Source: Mobula hypostoma (lineage: Eukaryota). From it: 64,000 bases of DNA. Below are positions 13,234 through 26,000 of this stretch, one piece after another. Location: the NCBI RefSeq assembly GCF_963921235.1, contig NC_086112.1, positions 45,136,001 through 45,200,000 on the forward strand, given 5' to 3'. Under the pieces are notes generated by a model. The model searched no databases. It was not told the origin of the DNA and saw only the letters and a list, made by a program, of their open reading frames with translations. The translations under genes and the position numbers were made by a program. Each line of letters starts with the position of its first letter. Position 1 is the stretch's first letter.

Positions 13234-13269
13234 AGTCAACGTTTCAGGCCGAGACCCTTCGTCAGGACT
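13234..13269 (-). ncRNA. Minimal hammerhead ribozyme motif (GUU cleavage triplet)
   Basis: Reverse complement AGTC CTGACGA AGGGTCTCGGCCT GAAAC GTT GACT. Confidence 0.7.
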
Positions 13270-15929
13270 AACTGAAGGAAGAGTGAATAACGGATTTGAA
13301 AGTTGGAGGGGGAGGGGGAGATCCAAAATGATAGGAGAAGACAGGAGGGGGAGGGATGGAGCCAAGAGCTGGACAGGAGATAGGCAAAAGGGGATACGAG
13401 CGGTTCATGGGACAGGAGGTCTGGGAAGAAAGACAAGTGGGGAGGGACCCAGAGGATGGGCAAGAGGTATATTCAGAGGGACAGAGGGAGAAAAAGGAGA
13501 GTGAGAGAAAGAATGTGTGCATAAAAATAAGTAACAGATGGGGTACGAGGGGGAGGTGGGGCCTTAGCGGAAGTTAGAGAAGTCGATGTTCATGCCATCA
13601 GGTTGGAGGTTACCCAGACGGAATATAAGGTGTTGTTCCTCCAACCTGAGTGTGGCTTCATCTTTACAGTAGAGGAGGCCGTGGATAGACATGTCAGAAT
13701 GGGAATGGGATGTGGAATTAAAATGTGTGGCCACTGGGAGATCCTGCTTTCTCTGGCGGACAGAGCATAGATGTTCAGCAAAGCGGTCTCCCAGTCTGTG
13801 TCGGGTCTCGCCAATATATAAAAGGCTACATCGGGAGCACCGGACACAGTATATCACCCCAGTCGACTCACAGGTGAAGTGTTGCCTCACCTGGAAGGAC
13901 TGTTTGGGGCCCTGAATGGTGGTAAGGGAGGAAGTGTAAGGGCATGTGTAGCACTTGTTCTGCTTACACGGATAAGTGCCAGGAGGGAGATCAGTGGGGA
14001 GGGATGGGAGGGGACGAATGGACAAGGGAGTTGCGTAGGGAGCGATCCCTGCGGAATGCAGGGGGGGGGGGAGGGAAAGATGTGCTTAGTGGTAGGATCC
14101 CGTTGGAGGTGGCGGAAGTTACGGAGAATAATATGTTGGACCCGGAGGCTGGTGGGGTGTAGGTGAGGACCAGGGGAACCCTATTCCTAGTGGGGTGGTG
14201 GGAGGATGGAGTGAGAGCAGATGTACGTGAAATGGGGGAGATGCGTTTAAGAGCAGAGTTGATACTGGAGGAAGGGAAGCCCTTCAGTTCCTAATCTAAT
14301 CAGAACCTTCAGAACCTAATCAGTTCCCCTCTACCACCACTCTGCTCCGTTGACCTAATCAGTTCCCATCTACCACCACTCTGCTCCGCCTAGCGGAATT
14401 AGTCCTTACTCTTAATAATTTCTCCTTTGGCTCCTCCCACTTCCTCCAAACTAAAGGTGTAGCTATGGGCACCCATATGGGTCCTAGCTACGCCTGCCTT
14501 TTTGTTGGGTTTGTGGAACAATCTATGTTCCGTGCCTATTCTGGTATCTGTCCCCCACTTTTCCTTCGCTACATCGACGACTGCATTGGCGCTGCTTCCT
14601 GCACGCATGCTGAGCTCGTTGACTTTATTAACTTTGCCTCCAACTTTCACCCTGCCCTCAAGTTTACCTGGTCCATTTCCGACACTGTCCTCCCCTTTCT
14701 AGATCTTTCTGTCTCTGTCTCTGGAGACAGCTTATCCACTGATGTCTACTATAAGCCTACTGACTCTCACAGCTATCTGGACTATTCCTCTTCTCACCCT
14801 GTCTCTTGCAAAAACGCCATCCCCCTCTCGCAATTCCTCCGTCTCCGCCGCATCTGCTCTCAGGATGAGGCTTTTCATTCTAGGACGAGGGAGATATCTT
14901 CCTTTTTTAAAGAAAGGGGCTTCCCTTCCTCCACTATCAACTCTGCTCTTAAACGCATCTCCCCCATTTCACGTACATCTGCTCTCACTCCATCCTCCCA
15001 CCACGCCACTAGGAATAGGGTTCCCCTGGTCATCACCTACCACCCCACCAGCCTCCGGGTCCAACATATTATTCTCCGTAACTTCCGCCACCTCCAACGG
15101 AATCCCACCACTAAGCACATCTTTCCCTCCCCCCCCCCTGCATTCCGCAGGGATCGCTCCCTACGCAACTCCCTTGTCCATTCGTCCCCTCCCATTCCTC
15201 CCCACTGATCTCCCTCCTGGCACTTATCCGTGTAAGCAGAACAAGTGCTACACATGCCCTTACACTTCCTCCCTTACCACCATTCAGGGCCCCAAACAGT
15301 CCTTCCAGGTGAGGCAACACTTCACCTGTGAGTCGACTGGGGTGAGATACTGCGTCCGGTGCTCCCGATGTGGCCTTTTATATATTGGCGAGACCCGACG
15401 CAGACTGGGAGACCGCTTTGCTGAACATCTACGCTCTGTCCACCAGAGAAAGCAGGATCTCCCAGTGGCCACACATTTTAATTCCACATCCCATTCCCAT
15501 TCTGACATGTCTATCCACAGCCTCCTCTACTGTAAAGATGAAGCCACACTCAGGTTGGAGGAACAACACCTTATATTCCGTCTGGGTAACCTCCAACCTG
15601 ATGGCATGAACATCGACTTCTCTAACTTCCGCTAAGGCCCCACCTCCCCCTCGTACCCCATCTGTTACTTATTTTTATGCACACATTCTTTCTCTCACTC
15701 TCCTTTTTCTCCCTCTGTCCCTCTGAATATACCTCTTGCCCATCCTCTGGGTCCCCCCCCACTTGTCTTTCTTCCCGGACCTCCTGTCCCATGAACCGCT
15801 CCTATCCCCTTTTGCCTATCACCCGTCCAGCTCTCGGCTCCATCCCTCCCCCTCCTGTCTTCTCCTATCATTTTGGATCTCCCCCTCCCCCTCCCACTTT
15901 CAAATCTATTACTAACTCTTCCTTCAGTT

Positions 15930-15965
15930 AGTCCTGACGAAGGGTCTCGGCCTGAAACGTCGACT
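15930..15965 (+). ncRNA. Minimal hammerhead ribozyme motif (GUC cleavage triplet)
   Basis: AGTC CTGACGA AGGGTCTCGGCCT GAAAC GTC GACT. Confidence 0.75.
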
Positions 15966-16786
15966 GCACCTCTTCCTACAGATGCTGCCTGGCCTGCTGC
16001 GTTCACCAGCAACTTTGATGTGTGTTGGTTATATTAAACCAGATTCTGACTCTGAATGGCACGTAAACAAAAGCTTTGCACTGTACCTTGGTTACTTGAC
16101 AATAATAAAACCATTACCAATTACCAATCCAATTCTAAGCTTACACGGCATAGAAGAGTATTTCTTGGCCAAGCTACAAATATTTACCTGTTACTTCTTG
16201 ACCAACCTGAAATAAGAGCCTGACCCTGGTTATTATCCAATTATAGCAAGCAGCCCCTTGATTCAACTGATTGACCGATGTTGGATCCCTCCAAAGGTCA
16301 TTTGTACCCAGCAGGCCTGTAGTTAATTATAGTTACCCATTGCACCTTTCTGTCTTTCTACAAAGGTTAATTATTTCAGGTACAAACCTATTGCTCTTTT
16401 ATGTCTTTAAAAGAACATTCCAGGGGGCTGAAAAATCTGTAAAATCCAGATGTTGGAAATCTGAAATAAAAACATAAAATGCTGGAAGCACTAAGTAGAT
16501 CAAGTCCATTGATCAGAAACATTAGCTGCCCCATCTGCTCGATTTCTAGTTCTGCTCTTTTTTGGTTTTAATTCCAGTGGACAGTGTTTTTTTCTTTTTG
16601 TGCTGCCAAGTCTACTGGTCCAATTATAGAAACTTGATCTGTCTCACATGTCAAGGACATTTCTTCTGCTCCAACACAATTTATATATGCTGTGAAAAAG
16701 GTCACAAATGTCCGAAGCAAAAAAAAACAGAACCACATTTTTCCTGCTATGATCAGTTGGATAGTGGCAATCCAATCATACCAATG

Positions 16787-17248
16787 AAAGTTGGATTCAG
16801 TTCTTTTCTCTTTGGGGGTGCGTAATGTGTATTTTCCAATCGGAATACGCACTTGTACTCCAAGAAGTGCTGTCTCATGCTTACCTCGACTTAATTCGTA
16901 CTGAAAATCTTTTTTAAAATTTTCTAAATTGTCATCTCCAATCTATAACTACTCCACCCTCATTTAATATTGCATTGTCAGAATAAGCCTTGAAATTTTA
17001 GGTACGGCTGTCTCATTTTATTGTTAATTGCACGACCATTGATACAGTGCAATTCTCCTTTTCGCATCCCCACTCTGAACTTAGCATTCCAGTGTCACTT
17101 TTGAGCGCATTAATTACTTGTTATCGACAAAGTTTACACTTGTTTAAAAATAAGACATTGCCTTATTTGGTTGGCAATCAGTGGTGAGTGGTGTGCCTCA
17201 GGGGTTTGTGCTGGGTCCACAATTGTTCACAATATACACCAACGATCT
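16787..17248 (+). repeat. Inverted, diverged copy of 52316-52757 (FBP1 intron 1)
   Basis: Collinear match, e.g. gtaatgtgtattttccaatcggaatacgc, gaagtgctgtctcatgcttacctcgacttaattcgt, catctccaatctataactactccaccct. Confidence 0.92.
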
Positions 17249-17269
17249 TTTGCCTCGAAGCTAGAAAAC

Positions 17270-18440
17270 ATAGGGCGATGACTGAGTGTTGTTTCTCAGA
17301 CTGGTGGCTGGTGTCTAGTGATGTGCCACAGGGGTTGGTGCTGGGATCTTTGTAGTTTTTAATTTATATGAATAATTTGGATGTGAATTTACAAGGCATC
17401 TTTAGTGATAATAAAATAGGTGGTGTAGTAGATGATGAAGAAAGTTCTGAAAAATTGCAGGAAGATCTTAATCACCTTGGTATGTTGGTTGAGGGTTGGC
17501 AAATGGCTTTCAATCCAGATAAATGTGAGGTATGGCATTTTGATTGATCAAACCAGATTAGGATTTAATGGTAGGGCCCTGGGGAGGATTATGGAACAGA
17601 GTGACCTAGGAATGCAAGTACATAGTTCACTGAATGTGGCATCACATGTAGACTGGGTGGTGAAGAAGGTGCTTGGCTATCTGGCCTTCAATAGTCAGGC
17701 ACTGAGTAAAGAATTTGGGAAGTTATGTTGCAGTTATATAGTACATTGGTGAAGCTACACTTTGAATATTGGTACATTGTGGACATTCTGTCACAGGAAG
17801 GAGGTTATTAAACTAGGAGTGTGGAGAAGGTGTTGCCTAAACTTGGGGGACTGCATTACAAGGCAAGGTTACGTAGACTAGGACCTCATTTCCTGGGACA
17901 CAGGAAATTGAAGTGTGTTGTCAAAGAGGTATATAAGATCACAAGGCACAGACAGGGAAAAAATTAAGATTTTTTTTTCCCCAGGGAGATGGTGCTAAAA
18001 ACAAGAAGACATAGGATTAACTTTGCAGGTAAGAGATTTGAAATGGACATCGGGGGCAGCTTCCTTATATTTTGAAATAAATTGTCAGAACCAGTAGGGG
18101 AGGCAAGCATATTAGCAACATTTAAAAGCAATCTAGATAAGTAGTGGTAAAGATTTGGGGGAGTAGATTTAGGACAGAGATGAGGAGGAACTACTTTTCC
18201 CAAGAGTGGTGAATCTGTGGAATTCTCTGCCCAATGAAGGGTGGAAGCTACCTCAGTAAATATTTTTAAGACAAGGTTGGATAGATTTTTGCATAGTAGG
18301 GGAATTAAGGGTTATGGGGGAAAGGCAGGTAGGTGGCGATGTGTCCATGGCCAGATCGGTCATGATCTTATTGAATAACGGAGCAGGCTCAATGGTCCAG
18401 ATGGCCTACTCCTGCTCCTATTTCTTATGTTCTTATGTTC
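17270..18440 (+). mobile_element. Old CR1 RT fragment plus a younger CR1 3' end
   Basis: Decayed GVPQG.VLG motif region; 3' tail tttcttatgttcttatgttct. Confidence 0.75.
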
Positions 18441-18444
18441 TAAA

Positions 18445-21400
18445 ACCATAAGACATAGGAACAGATCTAGGTCATTTGGCCCAAAGAGTCTGCTCCACCA
18501 ACCCATCATTGGTGATTCATTATTCCTCTCAACTCCATTCTCCTGCCTTCTACTGTAAACTTTGATGCCCTGACAAATCAAGAAACTATTGACTTCCACA
18601 GTCATGATTTTGCCTCCACAGCTGTCTGTGGCAATGAGTTCCACAGATTCACTACACTCCAGCTGAAGAAATTCCTCCACATCTCTGTTCTAAATGGATA
18701 TCCTTCTATTCTGAGGCTGTGCCCTCTGATTCTAGGCTCACCCACGATAGGATACATCTTTGGCACGTCCATTCTATTAGGTCTTTCAACATTTGATAGG
18801 TTTCAATGAGATCTCCCATCTCATTCATCTAAATTCCAGTGAATACAGACTCGGAGCCAACAAACGTTCCTCATATGTTAGCTCTTTCATTCCCAGAGTC
18901 ATTCTCGTGAACCTTCTCTGGACCCTATCCAATCTTTTTTTCAGATAAGTGGCCCAAAACTGCTCACAATACTCCAAGTGCAGTCTGACCAATGCCTTAT
19001 AAAGCCTCAGCATCAAATCCTTGGTCTTATATTCTAGTCCTCTCGAAATGAATGCGACATTGCATTTGTCTTCCTTACCAATAACTCAACCTGTAAGTTA
19101 ACCTTTAGGGAATCTTGCACACATATTCCTAAGTCCCTTTGCACCCTAGATTTTTAAAATTTTCTTCTCATTTAGAAAATAGTCTATGCCTTTATTCCTT
19201 CTACCAAAGTGCATGACCATGCACTTCCCCACACTATATTCCATCTGCCGCTTCTCTGACCATTTTTCCAAACTGTCCAAGTTCTTCTGCAGATTCCCTG
19301 CTTCCTCAATACTATCTGCCCCCCTCCCCACCTGTCTTGGTATTGTCTGCAAACCTGGCCACAAGCTATCAATCCCATCATTCAAATCATTGACATATAA
19401 TGTTAAAAGAAGCAGCCCCAACACCAACCTAGGAGGAAAACCGTTAGTCACCAGCAGTCACCCAGAAATGGCTCTCTTTATTCCCACTCTTTGCCTCCTG
19501 CCAGTCTTCTATCCATGCTAGTATCTTTCTTGTAATACCATGGGCTCTTATCTTGTTAAGCAGCCTCATGTGCAGTATCTTGCCAAATTGCTTCTGAAAG
19601 TCCAAGTAAGCCACATCCACTAACTCTCCTTTGTCTATCCTGCTTCCTCAAAGAATTTGAACTGATTTGTCAAGCAAGATGTCCTGTTAAGGGTTCCTTT
19701 AACTTAAATCTCCCTAATCAAATGGTTCATTACACAACACCCGATCCAGAATTGCCTTTCCCCTAGTAGTCTCAACCACAAGCTGCTCTAAAAAGCATTC
19801 TAAAAAGGCATCTGTAAAAGGCATTCTACAAATTCCCTCTTGGGATCCGTGACGAACCTGATTTTTCCAATCTACCTGCCAGCCTATATTGAAGTCCCCC
19901 ATGAATTTCATAACATTGCCCTTTTTACATGCCTTTTCTATCTCCCATTGTAATTCATATCTAACATCCTGGCTACTGTTCGGTAGCAGGTATATACCTC
20001 CCATCATGGTCTTTTTACCCTTGCAGTTTCTTAACTCTATCAGTAAGGATTCTATTATCTTCCGATCCAATGTCATCTCTTTCTAAGTGAAACATCTTGG
20101 TTTCCTTGGCTGCCCAAGTCTAGGGAAGACAACTTCCGGCCTCTCCAAACTCGTAAGATTGAGGCGCGCTCGATCCCACCCCAAACCCCAGTTTGTGTGG
20201 ATGCTGTGCAATTTGCTACCCTGTTACAAATTAATGCCGCAAAATAACAGACAGTACACTGTGTAAGATTAAAGGAATTATATTTATGAATCTTAACTGA
20301 AGGGTTAGTGAAGAATAACAGAAAGAAAAGGGCCCATTCTAATTAAACAGTCAAATGAGCCCAAGTTGGAGCTCATCTTGAACTTCTCTGTCACTCACAC
20401 GCTGGGCCCTCAGTCAACGTGAAAGCACACACCACCTTCCGAACATCACTTGGAATCCATCTCAAATGAATGGGTCTCCCATCAGATTGTATGCTGTGAC
20501 CGGTTCTCCCCAGTGTCTCCTCTCTTCATCTCCTCGCGAAAAAAAAACAAGCCCAACCTTAGTGTCCCTCACCAGAGAAACCTCCCCTAACTGACCATCC
20601 TAACCAGATGACACACATTTCTCCTCATCTCTTATCTTCATGAAACAAGCATGTAAACAAGCAGCTCTCACAGAACTGCCAAAATGACATGCACACAACA
20701 TTGCAGTAAGAATATGAGCCAGGGCATTACATAAGGATTTGATTTTAATTTTTACCCGTCAGAGCTACCATGCCTACTTGCCTGTCCTTTCGATACAATG
20801 TGCATCCACGGATATTAAGCTCCCAACTATGATCCTCTTTCAGCCATTACGCAGTGATGCCCACAACATCATATCTGCCAATTACTAACTGTGCTACAAG
20901 ATCATCTACTTATTCCGTATGCTGTGTGCATTCAAATATAACACTTTCAGTCCAATACTCATCACCCTTTTCAATTTTGCCCCCATGTTACACATAAACT
21001 CATCCCACTGACTACAATTTTGCCCTATCATCATCCTGTCCATTCTCACAGTCTCACGACACACTGCGTCTACTTGTATACCAACTGTCTCATCCTCAGC
21101 CCATGACTCTGGTTCCCATCACCCTGTCAAATCAGTTTAAACCTGCTGTGGCTTCCCCCTGCAGGTTTCTCCCCCCAACAGTATCCAAAGCAATATACTT
21201 ATTATTGAGGGAAACAGTCGCAGATGTACTCTGCACTGGCTGCCTATTTCCTTTCCCTCTCCTGACTGTCACGCAGCTACTTGCCTTCTGTAACTTAGGG
21301 GGACTACCTCCCTGTAGCTCCTATTACCTCATTCTCCCATATGAGCTGGTCATCTAGTTGCAGTTCTGGTTCCTTAACATGGTCTCTAAGGAGCTGCAAC

Positions 21401-21480
21401 TCGATGCGCTTCATGCAGGTGTAGTTATCATGGAGACTGGATGTCTCCCAGAGTTCCCACATCTCACACAAAAAAAATCA
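18445..21480 (-). mobile_element. CR1 LINE, internally deleted and decayed (ORF1 remnant, APE, RT); contains a solo LTR
   Basis: ELRNCKGKKT, MGDFN, LYKALVRLHLEYC; ORF1/ORF2 junction TTTAAACTGA at 21141-21132; ORF1-like remnant 21150-21450. Confidence 0.85.
20088..20731. mobile_element. Solo LTR (TG...CA, 4-bp TSD, probably Gypsy-type)
   Basis: Starts tgaaacatcttgg, ends ccagggcattaca; TSD taag at 20084-20087 and 20732-20735; CR1 sequence is continuous across it. Confidence 0.85.
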
Positions 21481-23027
21481 CACTAACTCTGGACCCATTC
21501 TCAGTGCACTAGCTATGTACAATGTAAGAGGAAAAAGAAAACTTACGAATAACTTACTTAGAACCTCCACCTGTGCTTGTCCAAAGCCTCCAACTCTCAC
21601 CCTGGCCCACTGCACTTAAACCTCTCTTCTTTTTATTAGCTCAAATAAAACTCACTTTTAATGAGGCTTGTTCTTTTCAAATGGCTCCCACCCTGCAACA
21701 ATGTCTGTTGCTCATGCACTACCTCAGATTACTAGGTTTAGAGGGCTATGGATCAAATGCAGACAGATGGGTTAGCTCACCCAGCATCATAGTCAGCATG
21801 AATGAGCTGGGCTGAAGGCTCTCTTCTCATGCTGTAAGACTCTATTAGGGGAAATACTGTAGACAAAGGCTTTTTGTAGTGAAGGTTGCTCCAGATGAAA
21901 TAAAGAGAGAAAATACAGGAAATACTCAGCAGGTCAGGCAGAAAGAGAAACAGTTAATGTTTCAGGTCAAGGACTCTGTCAGGACTAAGAAGGTTGCAGA
22001 TCGGTGGGAATGGTTGGAATAGGATATTCTCTGAATGAGGTCTGGATTGGCATGGTGATAAGCTGTTGATGAAATTATCTAATGATGGCAGTTAGAGAGA
22101 GGGTAAACAATGAAAGGAACAGTTACAATGTTGTCAGAGTAGTTGGTAATGTGCTTGTAGTGTCAGTGCAGACAGAAATCCTGAGTCAGTATCACAGTGG
22201 GGTACTTACAGCAGAAGTGGTCAGTATGATACAGGCAAAGAAAGTAAGTACTGAGATAACTGAATTTGATATTGAGTTCCAAAGGGTGTAGGACTGAAGA
22301 TGAGGCATTGCTTCTCAAGCTGGCAATGAGCTTTGTTGGAACTGTTCAAAAGGTTGAGGATAGAAAATCAAAAATGGCATGGCCTGACAGGCAGCTGGAG
22401 CCTCAGAGTTGCCTCTGGACACCGAATGAATGAAGCTGCTCTGCTAATTTGTTGCCCAACCTGCACAAGGTTCTCCATTGTCGAGGAGACTACAAGATAG
22501 TGTGTGGGAAGTAAATTTAGACCAAAGTCAATTCTTTTTGTTCCAACACCCAGTCTATAGTAATCCATTGTATTACTGGTAATAATTCATCCATTCAAGA
22601 TTATCTTCCCCACCATTCTCAATAGTCTTACATGTCAAGCTGCTTCATGAGTACAGTGAGCTCTTGTCACCTGACCAACATTCCTGCACATACTTAGATG
22701 TTTATAATCCATGAGTTTGCACTATGGACTTTGGACTTGAGGCTCTCTGTACCAGTGTAAATTGAAAACAATTGAAACAATTACATGCTGAGCATGGGTA
22801 CAGATCAATTTCTCATTAGTTTTAAACGGAGATACATTAAGCAATGGGTTATTTCTGTAGATCACACATCCAGTTGACGGAAGTACAATGTTCACTAGGT
22901 CATGAACCAAAAACTAGAATATCTGACTTTATCACCCTGCTCTGAAAGTCTGGCCAACTATGGGACCCCCATCACTGTCACTTCATTGTTCGCAGCACTA
23001 TCCCAGGAATGCCAGAAACACTCTGTA

Positions 23028-26000
23028 GACCATAAGACCAAGGAGCAGAAGTCGGCCATTTGGCCCATCGAGTCTGCTCCGCCATCTTAGCATGAGCTGA
23101 TCCATTCTCCCATTTAGTCCCACTCCCCTGCCTTCTCACCATAACCTTTGATGCCCTGGCTACTCAGATACCTATCAATCTCTGCCCTAAATACACCCAA
23201 TGACTTGGCCTCCACTGCTGCCCGTGGCAACAAATTCCATAGATTCACCACCTTCTAGCTAAAAAAATTTCTTTGCATTTCTGTTCTGAATGGGCGCCCT
23301 TCAATCCTTAAGTCATGCCCTCTCGTACTAGACTTCCCATCATGGGAAACAACTTTGCCACATCTACTCTGTCCATGCCTTTCAACATTCGAAATCTTTC
23401 TATGAGGTCTCCCCTCATTCTTCTAAACTCCAAGGAATACAGTCCAAGAGCGGACAAACATTGCTCATATGTTAACCCTCTCATTCCCAGAATCATTTTA
23501 TTGAATCTTCTCTGTACCCTCTCCAACGTCAGCACATCCTTTCTCAAATAAGGAGACCAAACTGCCCACAGTACTCCAAGTGAGGTCTCACCAGCGCCTT
23601 ATAGAGCCTCACATCCCTGCTCCTATACTCTATTCCTCCAGAAATGAATGCCAACATTGCATTTGCCTTCTTCACCACCGACTCAACCTAGAGGTTAACC
23701 TTAAGGGTATCCTGTACGAGGACTCCCAAGTCCCGTTGCATCTTAGACCTTTCAATTCTCTCCCCACTTAAATAATAGTCTGCCCGTTTATTTCTTCTGC
23801 CAAAGTGCATAACCATACACTTTCCAACATTGTATTTCATTTGCCACTTCTTTGCCCATTCTTCCAATCTATCCAGGTCTCTCTGCAGACTCTCCGTTTC
23901 CTCAGCACTACCAGCCCCTCCACCTATCTTCATATCGTCAGCAAACTTAGCCACAAAGCCATCTATTCCATAATCCCAATCGTTGATGTACAATGTAAAA
24001 AGAAGTGGCCCCAACACAGACCCCTGTGGAACACCACTGGTGACTGGCAGCCAACCAGAATAGGATCCCCTTATTCCCACTCTCTGTTTCCAGCCAATCA
24101 GCCAACGCTCTATCCACATATGTAACTTTCCCATTATTCCATGGGCTCTTATCTTGTTAAGTAGCCTCATGTGTGGCACCTTGTCAAAGGCCTTCTGAAA
24201 ATCCAAGTATACAACATCCACTGCATCTCCCTTGTCTAGCCTACTGGTAATTTCCTCAAAAAATTGTAATAGGTTTGTCAGGCAGGATTTTCCTTTAAGG
24301 AATCCATGCTGAGTTCTGCCTATCTTGTCACATGCCTCCAGGTACTCCGTAACCTCATCCTTGACAATGGACTCCAACAACTTCCCAACTGCCAATGTCA
24401 AGCTAACAGGTCTATAATTTCCTTTTGCTTCCTTGCCCCCTTCTTAAATAGTGGAGTGACATTTGCAATCTTCACTTTTCAAAAAAGGAGGGAGAGAGAA
24501 ACCGGGGAATTATAGGCCGGTTAGCCTAACGTCGGTGGTGGGGAAACTGCTGGAGTCAGTTATCAAGGATGTGATAACAGCACATTTGGAAAGCGGTGAA
24601 ATGATCGGACAAAGTCAGCATGGATTTGTGAAAGGAAAATCATGTCTGATGAATCTCATAGAATTTTTTGAGGATGTAACTAGTAGAGTGGATAGGGGAG
24701 AACCAGTGGATGTGGTATATTTGGATTTTCAAAAGGCTTTTGACAAGGTCCCACACAGGAGATTAGTGTGCAAACTTAAAGCACACGGTATTGGGGGTAA
24801 GGTATTGGTGTGGGTGGAGAATTGGTTAGCAGACAGGAAGCAAAGAGTGGGAATAAACGGGACCTTTTCAGAATGGCAGGCGGTGACTAGTGGGGTACCG
24901 CAAGGCTCGGTGCTGGGACCCCAGTTGTTTACAATATATATTAATGACTTGGATGAGGGAATTAAATGCAGCATCTCCAAGTTTGCGGATGACACGAAGC
25001 TGGGTGGCAGTGTCAGCAGTGAGGAGGATGCTAAGAGGATGCAGGGTGACTTGGATAGGTTGGGTGAGTGGGCAAACTCATGGCAGATGCAATTTAATGT
25101 GGATAAATGTGAAGTTATCCGCTTTGGTGGCAAAAATAGGAAAACAGATTATTATCTGAATGGTGGCCGATTAGGAAAAGGGGAGGTGCAACGAGACCTG
25201 GGTGTCATTATACACCAGTCATTGAAAGTGGGCACGCAGGTACAGCAGGCGGTGAAAAAGGCGAACGGTATGCTGGCATTTATAGCGAGAGGATTCGAGT
25301 ACAGGAGCAGGAAGGTACTACTGCAGTTGTACAAGGCCTTGGTGAGACCACACCTGGAGTATTGTGTGCAGTTTTGGTCCCCTAATCTGAGGAAAGACAT
25401 CTTTGCCATAGAGGGAGTACAAAGAAGGTTCACCAGATTGATTCCTGGGATGGCAGGTCTTTCATACGAAGAAAGACTGGATGAACTGGGCTTGTACTCG
25501 TTGGAATTTAGAAGATTGAGGGGGGATCTGATTGAAACGTATAAGATCCTAAAGGGATTGGACAGGCTAGATGCGGGAAGATTGTTCCCGATGTTGGGGA
25601 GGTCCAGAACGAGGGGTCACAGTTTGAGGATAGAGGGGAAGCCTTTTAGGACCGAGATTAGGAAAAACTTCACACAGAGAGTGGTGAATCTGTGGAATTC
25701 TCTGCCACAGCAAACTGTTGAGGCCAGTTCATTGGCTATGTTTAAGAGGGAGTTAGATATGGCCCTTGTGGCTACAGGGGTCAGGGGGTATGGAGGGAAG
25801 GCTGGGGCGGGGTTCTGAGTTGGATGATCAGCCATGATCATAATAAATGGCGGTGCAGGCTCCAAGGGCCGAATGGCCTACTCCTGCACCTATTTTCTAT
25901 GTTTCTATGTTTCCAGTCCTCCGGAACCATGCCAAAATCTATCGACTTTTGAAAGATCATCGCTAATGCCTCCGCAATCTCCACAGCTACTTCCTTCAGT

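Larger units (their letters stand above)
13136..16030. mobile_element. Inverted (tail-out) Penelope-like element: minus arm 13136-14284, plus arm ~14315-16027, 13-bp TSD
   Basis: Both arms encode the same GIY-YIG C-terminus; plus arm has RT MGTHMGPSY/RYIDD; TSD atattaaaccaga at 13123-13135 and 16031-16043. Confidence 0.93.
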
